DNA of 64,000 nucleotides from an uncultured delta proteobacterium (GCA_963760795.1 CAVXEP010000001.1:1-64000), one strand, 5' to 3'. Counted from the stretch's first letter, positions 8,263-18,246 are shown. Notes: generated by a model from the sequence alone, not told the origin. Made by a program: numbers and translations.

Positions 8263-9417
8263 TCACCGTGCGGCGAGTTCGGCGCAGCGGTTGGATGGAT
8301 TGACATGCTGCTGGCAATCCTTGGCGAGGTCGGCCGAGGTTTTGCCGAATGTGCCTTTGAGATAAGCGATAGTTTCACGGTAACAATCGCTTTGATCGCG
8401 CTCCTCGCCGAAGGCGGCGCAAAACGGCATGGCGTAGCGGCCGTCCCATGTATTATCGATAAGCGCGTAGACCACGCCGCGGATACAGGCGCGCTTGGAG
8501 TCGCCGCCGGCGGCTTGGCATTTTTGCGCGGTGGGCTGGAGCTGGCCGAGGCGAACGTAGTTCGACAGGTCGCGTCCGGCCGACAGCGCACATTGAAAAC
8601 GATATTCGCCGCTCTTGTCGCATTCCTGAAAGATTTTTTCCGTCGTCAGTCCCATTTCGCTCATGCGCGAGGTTTGCATGACATAGCAGTCGCTGCGGTA
8701 CTTGGCGGCGAGTTTGTTGCAGGGGTAGTGGTAATCCGTCGGGCTCAAGTCGCGCAGCTCTGGGGTGGCGTTGGAGACGTTCTCCATGAAGACCCCGCCA
8801 TAGCAGGATGATTGGCTCCAGCCATTGGGCAGGGCGTCGCAGGCTTCCAGCGTGGAGACCAGCTGGTAGCGGTTAAAAAACAGCAGCGCATGACCCAGAC
8901 CATGCAGGCATTGAAAACGATAGCGGTCGGCAAGCTTGGGATCGCAGGCGAGGGCGGCTTTTTGCTTGAGTTCGGCGGCGCTCGGATGCTTGTCGGTCTG
9001 GGCGTAAATATCTTCACCGCGCAGAAAGCGCTCCACCGAACCGTGATAGCAACCGGAATGACAGGTCTGGTCGCAGGCGCTAAAGGATTCGTGAATCGTG
9101 CCTTTGACGCGATAGGTTTCCCGGCCGATGGCGTGGACCACTGGATGACAGTCGCGGCGCAGCTCGGCGTCGTCCTTTTCATAGCGCTGGATCAACTGAA
9201 GGGTTTCAAGGGTGGTGTGTTTCTTGAGCGCGTCGCGGAACAGATTGTCGAGACATTCCGCACTATTGGGCAGGCTATTGCAGGCCTTGATCGCTGCCAG
9301 GGAGGGCAAGCCGCCTTCAGTAGTGGCACTGGATTGGTTGACTTCCTGGCCGTACAGCACCGCGGCGCCGAGCAGGGAAGTAAAAATTCCGACCAGCAAC
9401 GATCTAAGCTTTTTCAT
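8263..9417 (-). CDS. Secreted Cys/His-rich repeat protein of unknown function
   Basis: Signal peptide; 20 Cys; CHPVVHAIGR, CDQTCHSGCYHG, CLHGLGHAL and CYGGVFMEN motifs. Confidence 0.75.
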   Translation of the reverse strand: MKKLRSLLVGIFTSLLGAAVLYGQEVNQSSATTEGGLPSLAAIKACNSLPNSAECLDNLFRDALKKHTTLETLQLIQRYEKDDAELRRDCHPVVHAIGRETYRVKGTIHESFSACDQTCHSGCYHGSVERFLRGEDIYAQTDKHPSAAELKQKAALACDPKLADRYRFQCLHGLGHALLFFNRYQLVSTLEACDALPNGWSQSSCYGGVFMENVSNATPELRDLSPTDYHYPCNKLAAKYRSDCYVMQTSRMSEMGLTTEKIFQECDKSGEYRFQCALSAGRDLSNYVRLGQLQPTAQKCQAAGGDSKRACIRGVVYALIDNTWDGRYAMPFCAAFGEERDQSDCYRETIAYLKGTFGKTSADLAKDCQQHVNPSNRCAELAAR

Positions 9418-9562
9418 CGGCGAGGAGATCCTTGATTCAGGTTGAATCTAGCCCAAGCGCAAGTCGCACTGCAATATTTTCAGCTATTTGGAGTGATGCT
9501 CGAGGCTTCGAGCCAACCCGGGTTCGGCGTGTCGGAACCCACGCCTTTATGATAACTTAGCG

Positions 9563-9591
9563 CTAAACTATTTTTGTTCCACTACGTCTAA
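9563..9591 (+). promoter_or_regulatory. ECF-sigma-type promoter
   Basis: CTAAAC-N16-CGTCTAA, ending 9 nt before ATG 9601; same motif and spacing at 11367. Confidence 0.6.
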
Positions 9592-9600
9592 AGGTCTGAC

Positions 9601-10461
9601 ATGGAAAAACCAAAACTCACTTTTCGGTTGGCGATCCTGATCGTGGTTGGATTGCTCGCCGGATCGGTCTCCCAGGCCGGTGAAGCGATGATCAAGCCGG
9701 AAAACCTGCCAACGTACAGTCCGAAATTCTATCCCTTTGAAAGAGGCGAGAAGGGACTTTACCGCGCCACCTGGAATGGTCTGTTCTCGGTGGCGACGGC
9801 GGAAGTGACGACGACATCGAGTATGGTCGACGGTAAGAAAGTCTATCAAGTGCGTGTCGATGCCAAGACGTCCAAGGCCCTCGATCTGATTTGGAAGATG
9901 CGCGACGTTATCAGCTCGACTTTCGACGGTAAATCATTGGCGCCGAGCCATTACCTGTTTAACCAACGGGAAAACTCTCGGATCATCGACACCGAAGCTA
10001 AACTCGACGTGAACACGAAACGTTGGGCGGTCAACCGCCAGCAAAACGGCAAGCGCACCAGGACCTACGAGTTCGACTCGCAGAATACCTTCGATCCGAT
10101 CACCGCGGTGTATTTGGCGCGCAGTCTCGACTTCAAGGTTGGCGATAAGCTTTATTTTAAAGTATTCGGTGGGCGCTATCAGTATTTGCTCGAATTGTTC
10201 GTCGAGAAAAAAGAACCTGTGGAGCTGCCGTCCGGCAAAACCGTCGAAGCCTACAAGGTCGTGCCGCGGGTGCAGAATCTCAAGAAGAGCGGCTACGCCA
10301 GCAGATTGACTGAAGCGGCGATCTGGATCTCGGCGGATGAGCGGCGCTTACCGGTAAAGCTCAGCAGCAAGATCGCCTTCGGCAGCGTGCAGCTCGATCT
10401 GATGGAAGACAAACGCGGCATGCAAGCGACCGCGATCAAAAACGATCAGCCTGGATCCTAA
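9601..10461 (+). CDS. DUF3108-like exported beta-rich protein
   Basis: Signal peptide; PFERGEKGLYRATW, FDPITAVYLAR, IWISADERRLPVKL. Confidence 0.7.
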   Translation: MEKPKLTFRLAILIVVGLLAGSVSQAGEAMIKPENLPTYSPKFYPFERGEKGLYRATWNGLFSVATAEVTTTSSMVDGKKVYQVRVDAKTSKALDLIWKMRDVISSTFDGKSLAPSHYLFNQRENSRIIDTEAKLDVNTKRWAVNRQQNGKRTRTYEFDSQNTFDPITAVYLARSLDFKVGDKLYFKVFGGRYQYLLELFVEKKEPVELPSGKTVEAYKVVPRVQNLKKSGYASRLTEAAIWISADERRLPVKLSSKIAFGSVQLDLMEDKRGMQATAIKNDQPGS

Positions 10462-10496
10462 GGACACGCGTGAAATCATACCTACAGGTGGAGACG

Positions 10497-11228
10497 ATGA
10501 CATTTTCCGTTGCCAATAGCCCGTTGCCAGCGAAATTCCGCCGCTCTCGCCGGGCGGTGCTGGCGATTTTTTTCTTGGCGCCGTTGGGACTCTCAGCGTG
10601 TTTCACCGCCGCGTCGCCGCCCAGCCGGCGCGCGCCGCAGGACTACTCGCAAACACGGACGCAAAGTTATGGCGTTCGCGGCTCCGATAGTAATGACTCC
10701 GAGCGTCTGCGCCGGGTCATGGTGCCTTTGATTCAGGCCATGGACCAGCCCTGCCGGCTCGATCAAACCAAGATCGGCATCATCAATCAGGACGAGATCA
10801 ACGCCGCCAACGCCGGCAACTGCCAATTCTACGTGACCATGGGTTTGTTGCGGCGCGCTTCGGATGACCAGTTGCGCGGCGTTCTAGCCCATGAGCTGGC
10901 GCACCAAGATTTGGGCCATGTCGCCAAAGCGCAGGTTCTTGGCGCGACGATCAATGTCTTGAGCGCGGGCTTGCAGCAATTGTCTCCCATCGCCGGCGCG
11001 GTGGCGCCGATTGCCGGCGCACTGGCGGCGCGCAGTTACGGCCGCAAAGAAGAATTCAGCGCCGACGCTCATGGCGTGGATATTCTGCGCCGCGCGGGCT
11101 ATCCCAAAGAGGTTATGGTCGACTCCCTCGCCTGGATTCGCCGGATATCCGGCGACAAAGGGGGCGGCTTTCTCTCCACTCATCCGGGGCTCGACGACCG
11201 AATCGCAACGATTCAGCGTCTGCGTTAG
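10497..11228 (+). CDS. M48 family zinc metalloprotease lipoprotein
   Basis: LSAC lipobox, INAA, LAHELAH (HExxH), EFSAD, FLSTHP. Confidence 0.85.
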   Translation: MTFSVANSPLPAKFRRSRRAVLAIFFLAPLGLSACFTAASPPSRRAPQDYSQTRTQSYGVRGSDSNDSERLRRVMVPLIQAMDQPCRLDQTKIGIINQDEINAANAGNCQFYVTMGLLRRASDDQLRGVLAHELAHQDLGHVAKAQVLGATINVLSAGLQQLSPIAGAVAPIAGALAARSYGRKEEFSADAHGVDILRRAGYPKEVMVDSLAWIRRISGDKGGGFLSTHPGLDDRIATIQRLR

Positions 11229-11366
11229 CACCAGACACACGAGCTTTTCAGGGTATTTCCGTACCTCCTCGTTGGTCATTGCAGTGCCCGCCGGCAGCTG
11301 ATTGGGGAGAGGTTGAAACCCGATCTGAGCCAGTCAAGTAATTCATCGGAGATCCCATTCCGGCCA

Positions 11367-11395
11367 GTAAACATTTTCTCAAAGCATCCGTCTAA
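11367..11395 (+). promoter_or_regulatory. ECF-sigma-type promoter
   Basis: GTAAAC-N16-CGTCTAA upstream of the AGGAGG RBS and ATG 11417. Confidence 0.6.
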
Positions 11396-11416
11396 ACCAG
11401 CAAGGAGGCGGAGACC

Positions 11417-11758
11417 ATGAAAAACACTTTCAAATCGATATTCGGTTTGGCGCTGGTGGCAACCTTGGCAGCGGGTTGCGCCGGGGGCGCGGTCACCACA
11501 CGCGAAAAGGGTATCGGCATTGGCGCCTTGGGTGGTGCGACTGCGGGTGGTTTGATCGGTACCGCCGTACGTAAACCGTTGGCAGGTGCGATGATCGGCG
11601 CGGTTCTCGGCGCCGGCGCCGGTGGCTTGATCGGCGACGGCTTGCAGGGCCGGGAGATTCAGGGCAATGAGCAGGACCAGTCGATCCAGCGCAACGAGCA
11701 GGAAATCCTGCGCCAGCGCCGCGAGCTCGAAGAACTGAAACAGCGCCGCGAATATTAA
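11417..11758 (+). CDS. Glycine-zipper outer-membrane lipoprotein
   Basis: AAGC lipobox; GxxxGxxxG zippers; C-terminal coiled coil. Confidence 0.8.
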   Translation: MKNTFKSIFGLALVATLAAGCAGGAVTTREKGIGIGALGGATAGGLIGTAVRKPLAGAMIGAVLGAGAGGLIGDGLQGREIQGNEQDQSIQRNEQEILRQRRELEELKQRREY

Positions 11759-11784
11759 TCGCGCAGACTTACTAGGATTGCAGA

Positions 11785-11808
11785 AACGGGGGGCACTGGC
11801 CCCCCGTT
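11785..11808 (+). terminator. GC-rich hairpin after the lipoprotein gene
   Basis: AACGGGGGGC-ACTG-GCCCCCCGTT with a weak U-tract. Confidence 0.4.
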
Positions 11809-11824
11809 CAATTTCTGGCACACG

Positions 11825-12817
11825 ATGATAATCAGCGACAAAGCTGGCGCGGGAGGGAAAAAAGCGGTGCGGACGATGTTCGTGCTGCTTCTGCTGCTTG
11901 TCTTAGTCGCACGGGAAGCTTGGGCGCTCTCCGCGTTGCTCAGTCCCGGCGATCATACGGTTACGCTACAATTTGGCGGGCGCGAGCGCAGCGCCATCGT
12001 TCATCTACCGCGGCGGGCGGCGGAGCGGCAGGTGTTGCCCGTTGTCCTGAATTTTCACGGCGGCGGCGGCCATGGCGCCAATCAAAAAGAATACTCGCTG
12101 CTCGACGCGGTGGCGGAGAGCGAAAATTTTATCACGGTCTATCCCAACGGCACTGGCCGATTGTCCGGGCGGTTGCTGACGTGGAATGGCGGCACTTGCT
12201 GCGCTTACTCGGTGCTCAACAAAATCGACGACGTCGGTTTTGTCCGGGCGCTGATTCACGAGCTAGCCGAGAAGTTTCCTGTCGATCGGCGCCGAGTCTA
12301 CGCCACCGGAATGTCCAACGGCGGCATGATGGCCCATCGTCTGGCGGCGGAAGCGAGCGATGTCATCGCCGCAATCGCGCCGGTGGCGGGCGGCATGGTG
12401 CTGCCGGCGATCAAATCAGACCGCGCCGTGCCGGTGATGCAAATTCATAGCGTCGACGATCCGCGCGCGCTTTATACCGGTGGCCTCGGGCCGCCATTCC
12501 CGATGACCAAGAGCCAGGTCTTCCATCCCAACGTCGACGAGATGATTAAACGCTGGGCCAGCCATAACGGCTGCGCTGCCGAACCGCCGGTCGCCGACCG
12601 GCGCGTCGATCGCAGCGCGCGCGGCCATAGCGCTAGTAAATTTGTTTATGGCAACTGCCGCGACGACGCGGAAGTCGTGCTCTGGAAGCTCACCGGTGCC
12701 GGCCATGTGTGGCCCGGCGGCAAGCAAAAAGTTCTCGAGCGCATCCTCGGTCCGTCGACGGATATCATCGACGCCAACCGGGAGATGTGGACGTTTTTTA
12801 AGCGCTACGCGCTGTAA
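11825..12817 (+). CDS. Exported alpha/beta-hydrolase, PHB depolymerase/LpqC-type esterase
   Basis: FHGGGG, VYPNG, WNGGTCC, DDVGF, GMSNGG nucleophile elbow, GHVWPGG. Confidence 0.85.
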   Translation: MIISDKAGAGGKKAVRTMFVLLLLLVLVAREAWALSALLSPGDHTVTLQFGGRERSAIVHLPRRAAERQVLPVVLNFHGGGGHGANQKEYSLLDAVAESENFITVYPNGTGRLSGRLLTWNGGTCCAYSVLNKIDDVGFVRALIHELAEKFPVDRRRVYATGMSNGGMMAHRLAAEASDVIAAIAPVAGGMVLPAIKSDRAVPVMQIHSVDDPRALYTGGLGPPFPMTKSQVFHPNVDEMIKRWASHNGCAAEPPVADRRVDRSARGHSASKFVYGNCRDDAEVVLWKLTGAGHVWPGGKQKVLERILGPSTDIIDANREMWTFFKRYAL

Positions 12818-12828
12818 AAACACGCCAA

Positions 12829-12859
12829 GGTTCCAATCGTTCCATCTGTTCCAGCGGTT
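12829..12859. repeat. GTTCCA/GTTCAA periodic repeat (9-nt spacing), single arm
   Basis: ggttccaatc-gttccatct-gttccagcg-gtt. Confidence 0.5.
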
Positions 12860-12920
12860 TTTACCCGACCATTTACGCATAACCCCTTGATGACTTTCCC
12901 GTCGCGTTTTAGAGTCGGCG

Positions 12921-13778
12921 GTGATGAAGATCTTGATCACTGGCGCTGCGGGATTAGTCGGCAGTCATTTAGCGCGCAGGTTAGCGCGAGAACATGACGT
13001 GCTTGCGCTCATGCATGGCGATCTCGATATTACCGATCGCGCTGCCGTGCGGCGTTGTCTACTTCATGAAAAACCGGCGTTGATCTTCAATTGTGCCGTG
13101 CTCCAGGTCGACGATTCGGAACAGCAGCCGGCGAAAGCTGAAGCGGTGAATGTCAATGGGCCGCATTGCTTAGCCGAAGCGGCGAGTGACGTTGGCGCTG
13201 AGATCGTTCACTTCAGCACGCAGTACGCGTTCGCCGGCGAGCCGGTGGGGCGCTTGCCTTACACTCTTCACGATGAGCCACGACCGGTTAACAATTACGG
13301 CCGGACAAAAGTTACCGGCGAGGCGGCAGTGCGCGCTGCGTGCGCGCGCAGTTTCATCGTGCGTACGTCGTGGGTCTACGGCAGCGGCAAGAAGAGTTTT
13401 CTTTGCACGGTTCACGACGATCTTCGATCCGGTAGAAAAGTGCGCGCTATCGATGACATCTGGTCGAGTACGACGTTTGTCGACGACTTGATCGAGCGCG
13501 TAATGACGATCCGTGCGACCGGCCGGTACGGTACCTATCATGTCGTCAACAACGGCATCTGCTCGTACTACGAATTTGCCCTCGAGGCGGGCCATGTGCT
13601 CGGACTCACGCGCGGGCAAATCGATCTGCTCATAGAAATCACTCACGAGCGCGACATGGAACGAGTCGCCGTGCGGCCGCGCTACACGCCGCTGCGCTGT
13701 TTGCTTTCGGAACAACTCGGTTTGCCGCCGATGCGTGATTGGCGCGCCGCGTTGGCAGAGTACGTCAGGACTGGCTGA
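12921..13778 (+). CDS. rfbD: dTDP-4-dehydrorhamnose reductase (RmlD/RfbD)-family extended SDR
   Basis: ILITGAAGLVG, DLDITD, HFSTQY, NNYGRTK (YxxxK), RTSWVYG, RPRY. Confidence 0.75.
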   Translation: MMKILITGAAGLVGSHLARRLAREHDVLALMHGDLDITDRAAVRRCLLHEKPALIFNCAVLQVDDSEQQPAKAEAVNVNGPHCLAEAASDVGAEIVHFSTQYAFAGEPVGRLPYTLHDEPRPVNNYGRTKVTGEAAVRAACARSFIVRTSWVYGSGKKSFLCTVHDDLRSGRKVRAIDDIWSSTTFVDDLIERVMTIRATGRYGTYHVVNNGICSYYEFALEAGHVLGLTRGQIDLLIEITHERDMERVAVRPRYTPLRCLLSEQLGLPPMRDWRAALAEYVRTG

Positions 13779-13779
13779 C

Positions 13780-13833
13780 TGGAGTAATGGAGTGATGGAG
13801 TGGTGGGTGTTTTCCCATCACTCCATTACTCCA
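13780..13833. repeat. Periodic palindromic element, 8-nt unit TGGAGTRR
   Basis: tggagtaa-tggagtga-tggagtgg-tgg ... cc-atcactcc-attactcca. Confidence 0.75.
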
Positions 13834-13921
13834 ATTCTCTCTCACCGCGCGCATTGACACCCTCCTTCACTCAGGACTAAAAGGGCGTAGAGTCTAAGTC
13901 GTCGCGACGGAGGATCCTCCC

Positions 13922-14965
13922 ATGTCGAACTTTCCAGTTATCGATACCGACGGTCATGTGCTCGAACGGCAATCGGACATCCGCAAATATCTCGAAGAGC
14001 CCTGGGTAAAACGGTCTACTGGTTTGTGGCCCGGCGATCAGCCCTGGGACAACGACATGATGGATGGCTTCGAGATGGCACGGACTTGGAAAGGGTTGAG
14101 CGCGGCGCAGCAGGTCGACAATTGGCACAAGATCATGGACGAGTACGGCATCGAGAAGGCGATCTGCTTTCCCACCGGCTCCGGCAACATCGCCAAAAAT
14201 CAGGAAGTGCCCTATCAAATCGCCGTGACCCGCGCCGCTAACACGCAGTTCGCCAAAGAGTACAACGCGCGTTCCGACCGGCTGTTTTGCGTCGGCTGCT
14301 TGCCGATGCGCTCGCCTAAAGCGGCCGCCGAAGAATTGCGCCGTGCAGTAACTGAGCTGGGGCTCAAAGGCTTTGAAATTTTACCTACCGGGCTGCCGCT
14401 GGCTCTCGGTGATCCATATTACGATCCGATCTACGAAGAGGCTGAGAAACTCAACGTCGTTCTCGGCATCCACGGCACGCGCAATACCTCGCGGGAACTC
14501 GGCACCTCCGGGCTTTCAACATTTTCCGAAGTTCATTCCTATGCCTTTCCCGTTGGTATCATGCTGCAGTTCACCAGTATCGTTTGCCAAGGTCTGCCGG
14601 TGCGCTTTCCGAAGCTAAAATTAGCGTTCCTGGAAATCGGCGCCACCTGGCTGCCCTATTATCTCGACCGGCTGGACGAGCATTGGGAAAAACGCGGCGA
14701 AATTGAAATGCCGCTGCTCAAGAAAAAGCCCAGCGAAATGGTGCGCGAGTCGAAGCTGTTTTTCAGCGTCGAGCCGGGCGAGTCGCAATTGACTCACACC
14801 GTCGACTACGTCGGCGCCGAGCATTTTCTCTACGCCTCAGACATTCCCCACTGGGACAACGAGTTTCCGCACAACCTACACGATTTACAGAATCATAGGC
14901 AGCTGTCGAGTGAGACCAAGGAAAAGATTCTATATAAAAATGCTAAGGAACTGTTCTCGTTGTAA
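13922..14965 (+). CDS. Amidohydrolase_2 family (LigW/ACMSD-like) metalloenzyme
   Basis: IDTDGHVLE, AEELRRAVTELGLKG, IHG, RFPKLKLAFLE, YASDIPHWD, ILYKNA. Confidence 0.85.
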   Translation: MSNFPVIDTDGHVLERQSDIRKYLEEPWVKRSTGLWPGDQPWDNDMMDGFEMARTWKGLSAAQQVDNWHKIMDEYGIEKAICFPTGSGNIAKNQEVPYQIAVTRAANTQFAKEYNARSDRLFCVGCLPMRSPKAAAEELRRAVTELGLKGFEILPTGLPLALGDPYYDPIYEEAEKLNVVLGIHGTRNTSRELGTSGLSTFSEVHSYAFPVGIMLQFTSIVCQGLPVRFPKLKLAFLEIGATWLPYYLDRLDEHWEKRGEIEMPLLKKKPSEMVRESKLFFSVEPGESQLTHTVDYVGAEHFLYASDIPHWDNEFPHNLHDLQNHRQLSSETKEKILYKNAKELFSL

Positions 14966-14984
14966 GTGGTTCGGATAGTTTTCC

Positions 14985-15007
14985 CGCGAAGGCGCAAAGA
15001 CGCAAAG
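14985..15007. repeat. 8-nt periodic repeat CGCAAAGR, single arm
   Basis: cgcgaagg-cgcaaaga-cgcaaag. Confidence 0.4.
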
Positions 15008-15021
15008 GAAAAAATTAATCG

Positions 15022-16008
15022 ATGACCAAGAAAATTACCCGAATCATTTCGCTATACCTACTTTGCGCGACCTGGGCCGGACTAGCTCACGGCGCCGACA
15101 CCATTCGCATTGCCTACAGCTCGGTCAATCCGCACGCGCTGCTGGTTTCATTGGCCGAGAAGCGCGGTCTTTACGCCAAGTACGGACTTTCTTCCGTGGT
15201 CGTTTACATTCCCGGCGGCAGCACGGTGATTCAAGGGATGGTCTCCGGGGATATCGACCTGGGGCAATTGACCGGGCCGCCAGGCGTGGCGGCGAATTTG
15301 CGCGGCGCCGATATTCTTTATGTTGCGATGACCGACGACCGCATGGGTTATCAGCTGGCGACCCGACCGGAGATCAGAATTGCCGCGGACCTAAAGGGGA
15401 AGCGCTTCGGTATCAGCCGTTTCGCGTCGTCGTCGGATTTCGGCCTGCGCACACTCCTGCGCCGGCTCGGCATCGATCCCAAGGATGTGACGATCTTGCA
15501 GATCGGTAATGAGTCCGAGCGGCTGGCCGCGCTTAAATCCGGTGGAATCGACGGTTCTATCTTCAACGCGCCGTTCGGTTCGATGGCGAAAAAATTTAAC
15601 TTCAATGTCCTGGCGGACGCCGGCGCGTTGGGAATTCCCTATTTCAACACCGGCATGTGCGGCAGCGCTAAATTGCTGCAGAAAAACGAAGGGAGGATCC
15701 TCAACTTCCTGCGCGCCTACGTCGAAGCGATCAAGATTTTCAAAACCGAGCCGGAATATACCTTGAAGGCGCTGGCGCAGTTCAGCCGGGTCAACGATCA
15801 GGAGCTTCTGAAGGAAGCCTACGAGTACAACAAGAATAAGATCCCCGACATTCCTTATCCGTCGGTGAGCGCTATGCAAGCCGTGGTCGATCCGCTGGTC
15901 GCCGCGGAACCGAAGCTTGGCAAGGTCGATGCGAAGAATTTCGTCACGGATCGGTATTTAAAGAAACTGGAAGAAGAGGGGTTCGTGCAGAAGTTGATGG
16001 GGCGGTAG
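15022..16008 (+). CDS. ABC transporter substrate-binding protein, NMT1/SsuA-like
   Basis: Signal peptide AHG, GLYAKYGL, DLKGKRFGISRF, C-terminal LEEEGFV. Confidence 0.85.
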   Translation: MTKKITRIISLYLLCATWAGLAHGADTIRIAYSSVNPHALLVSLAEKRGLYAKYGLSSVVVYIPGGSTVIQGMVSGDIDLGQLTGPPGVAANLRGADILYVAMTDDRMGYQLATRPEIRIAADLKGKRFGISRFASSSDFGLRTLLRRLGIDPKDVTILQIGNESERLAALKSGGIDGSIFNAPFGSMAKKFNFNVLADAGALGIPYFNTGMCGSAKLLQKNEGRILNFLRAYVEAIKIFKTEPEYTLKALAQFSRVNDQELLKEAYEYNKNKIPDIPYPSVSAMQAVVDPLVAAEPKLGKVDAKNFVTDRYLKKLEEEGFVQKLMGR

Positions 16009-16259
16009 GTATCGCTTCGACTGACCCCGCAGTCGTGGAGCCTAGGCCGCGCTGGATCTCTATGTCGGCAGTATACCAGCAACGGCATCTGAAACGATTG
16101 TTTCTTCAAGTTGGGCGCTAGCTGGCGGCTCTACCTTCTGTCCAGAAGTTCGGCTAGCGGTCTTTAATATCGGCTAGCCATGCGATAGATAAAAGCTCAG
16201 GTTGTTTGCTGTGCTTTGGCGGAAAGCCGAAGGGCGCGGGTCAATTGACGGGGCCGCAC

Positions 16260-17201
16260 ATGAAGAGAGTTACGCTTTACAGTTCCAGCCGTTCATCGAT
16301 CACCGGTCGGTCAGCGTCGACGGCCAATCCGCATCGCCCCACGAGTGCGGATCAACCCGACGACGGTTCTTCGGCGAAAGTTCCGAGTCAAAAACCCCGC
16401 GCGCGCTGGCGCAATCTATGCGCGCGTTACGAACGTCCGCTTTGGCTGGCAGCCGCCGTGCTGCTCTCGTTACTGGTGGTTTTTGCCCACGGGTTATTTG
16501 CGCCGGCGCCGCGTCCGGTCACTCAGGAAGATATTAGCGCCGCAGTGCTGCACACGCTCGAGACGAATGTTCTGCCGTCCGCGGCGGCGAAAGCGTACGA
16601 GATCATTCGACCGTCGGTCGTCCGGGTGCGTCGAATGGAACCGAACAAGAACGGCGAAGAGAGCGAAAAGGGCGTCGGCACCGGGGTCGTGATCGTCGAC
16701 AAGGGCGTGATCTTGACCAATCTTCATGTGGTATTCGGCGCCAAGCGGGTGCAAGTCGTGTTCGCTGACGGGCTCGAATCCGACGCCACGGTGACCGGTA
16801 TGCAGCCTGAGCATGATTTGGCCGTGCTTCAGGCGCATAAGATTCCCGACGATTTGGTCGCGGCCACCATGCGCTCCACCGCGGACCTTGCCATAGGCGA
16901 TCAGGTTGTCGCCGTCGGCTATCCTTTTGGTATAGGTCCTTCGGCGAGTGCTGGAGTAGTCTCCGGATTGCGCCGCGAGTTCTACTCCCCGAATGGAAAA
17001 CGCTTGCTGACCAATCTCATCCAGTTCGATGCTGCGGCAAATCCCGGCAGCTCCGGCGGGCCGCTGGTAACCGCCCGGGGCGAGGTTGTCGGCATCGTCA
17101 CCGCGATTCTTAATCCGACCGCCGAGCGTTTTTTTGTCGGCATTGGCTTTGCGGTGCCAATTGAAAACGCCGCAACCGCTGCCGGTATGCCGCCGTTCTA
17201 G
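16260..17201 (+). CDS. Trypsin-like (S1C/HtrA-type, no PDZ) membrane-anchored serine protease
   Basis: GTGVVI, TNLHVV (His), DLAV (Asp), ANPGSSGGPL (Ser), GIGFAVP; one TM segment. Confidence 0.85.
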   Translation: MKRVTLYSSSRSSITGRSASTANPHRPTSADQPDDGSSAKVPSQKPRARWRNLCARYERPLWLAAAVLLSLLVVFAHGLFAPAPRPVTQEDISAAVLHTLETNVLPSAAAKAYEIIRPSVVRVRRMEPNKNGEESEKGVGTGVVIVDKGVILTNLHVVFGAKRVQVVFADGLESDATVTGMQPEHDLAVLQAHKIPDDLVAATMRSTADLAIGDQVVAVGYPFGIGPSASAGVVSGLRREFYSPNGKRLLTNLIQFDAAANPGSSGGPLVTARGEVVGIVTAILNPTAERFFVGIGFAVPIENAATAAGMPPF

Positions 17202-17232
17202 CGTAATCGCGATCACCACCGAAAAGGGGCTT

Positions 17233-18246
17233 ATGGATAGAGAAACAAACCACAAAGAAGTTGCTTCGCTCATGGAGCGCATCCTCTACGAGGTGAAGAA
17301 GGTTATCGTCGGCCAGGATCGGTTTCTCGAGCGCGTGCTGGTGGCGGTACTGGCGCAGGGGCATCTGCTCGTCGAGGGCGTGCCGGGTCTCGCCAAGACG
17401 CTGACCGTCAAGACACTCGCCAGAACCATTCGCGGCTCGTTCAAACGAATTCAATTCACCCCGGATCTCGTGCCGGCGGATCTGGTGGGCACGCGCATCT
17501 ACAATCAGAAGACCGGCGAATTTACCACTTCATTGGGACCGGTTTTTACAAATCTGCTGCTCGCCGATGAGATCAACCGAGCGCCGGCGAAGGTGCAAAG
17601 CGCGCTGCTCGAAGTGATGCAAGAACGCCAGGTCACCATCGCCGGTGAGAGCCATCGTGTGGCCGAACCGTTCTTGGTGATGGCGACGCAGAACCCCATC
17701 GAAACCGAAGGAACCTATCCGCTGCCCGAGGCGCAGGTGGACCGGTTCATGATGAAGGTGCTCGTCGGCTATCCCACCGAAGAAGAAGAGTTCGTCATCG
17801 TCGACCGAGTGACCGGCACTCCAAACGACGTCGTGCCGCTGGCCACCACTGAGCAACTGAGCGCGCTACAGCGCGAGTGTCAGCGCGTCTATGTCGATCC
17901 GGCGCTCAAGCAGTATGCGGTGCGGCTCGCCTCGGCGACGCGCGACCCCGATCGCTTTGGAGTTGCCGAAGTGGCCAAGTACATATCTTTCGGCGTCAGC
18001 CCGCGCGCCTCGATTAATCTTATCGAGGGCGCGCGGGCGCTGGCGTTTCTGCGCGGGCGCACCTATGTTTTGTCAGAAGACGTCACGGATCTAGTTCTCG
18101 ATGTATTTCGCCATCGGCTAGTGCTGACCTATGAAGCGCTGGCCGAAGGCATGACGCCGGATCACTTGATCCGCCGTATCATGGAGCACATACCGGCTCC
18201 CGAAAAGCCGTTGGAGAGCCATGTTAGACTTGGCGCAAGCTTGTAA
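17233..18246 (+). CDS. moxR: MoxR family AAA+ ATPase
   Basis: GVPGLAKT Walker A, RIQFTPDL, LLADEINRAPAKVQSALLE, ATQNPIE, LPEAQVDRF. Confidence 0.92.
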   Translation: MDRETNHKEVASLMERILYEVKKVIVGQDRFLERVLVAVLAQGHLLVEGVPGLAKTLTVKTLARTIRGSFKRIQFTPDLVPADLVGTRIYNQKTGEFTTSLGPVFTNLLLADEINRAPAKVQSALLEVMQERQVTIAGESHRVAEPFLVMATQNPIETEGTYPLPEAQVDRFMMKVLVGYPTEEEEFVIVDRVTGTPNDVVPLATTEQLSALQRECQRVYVDPALKQYAVRLASATRDPDRFGVAEVAKYISFGVSPRASINLIEGARALAFLRGRTYVLSEDVTDLVLDVFRHRLVLTYEALAEGMTPDHLIRRIMEHIPAPEKPLESHVRLGASL

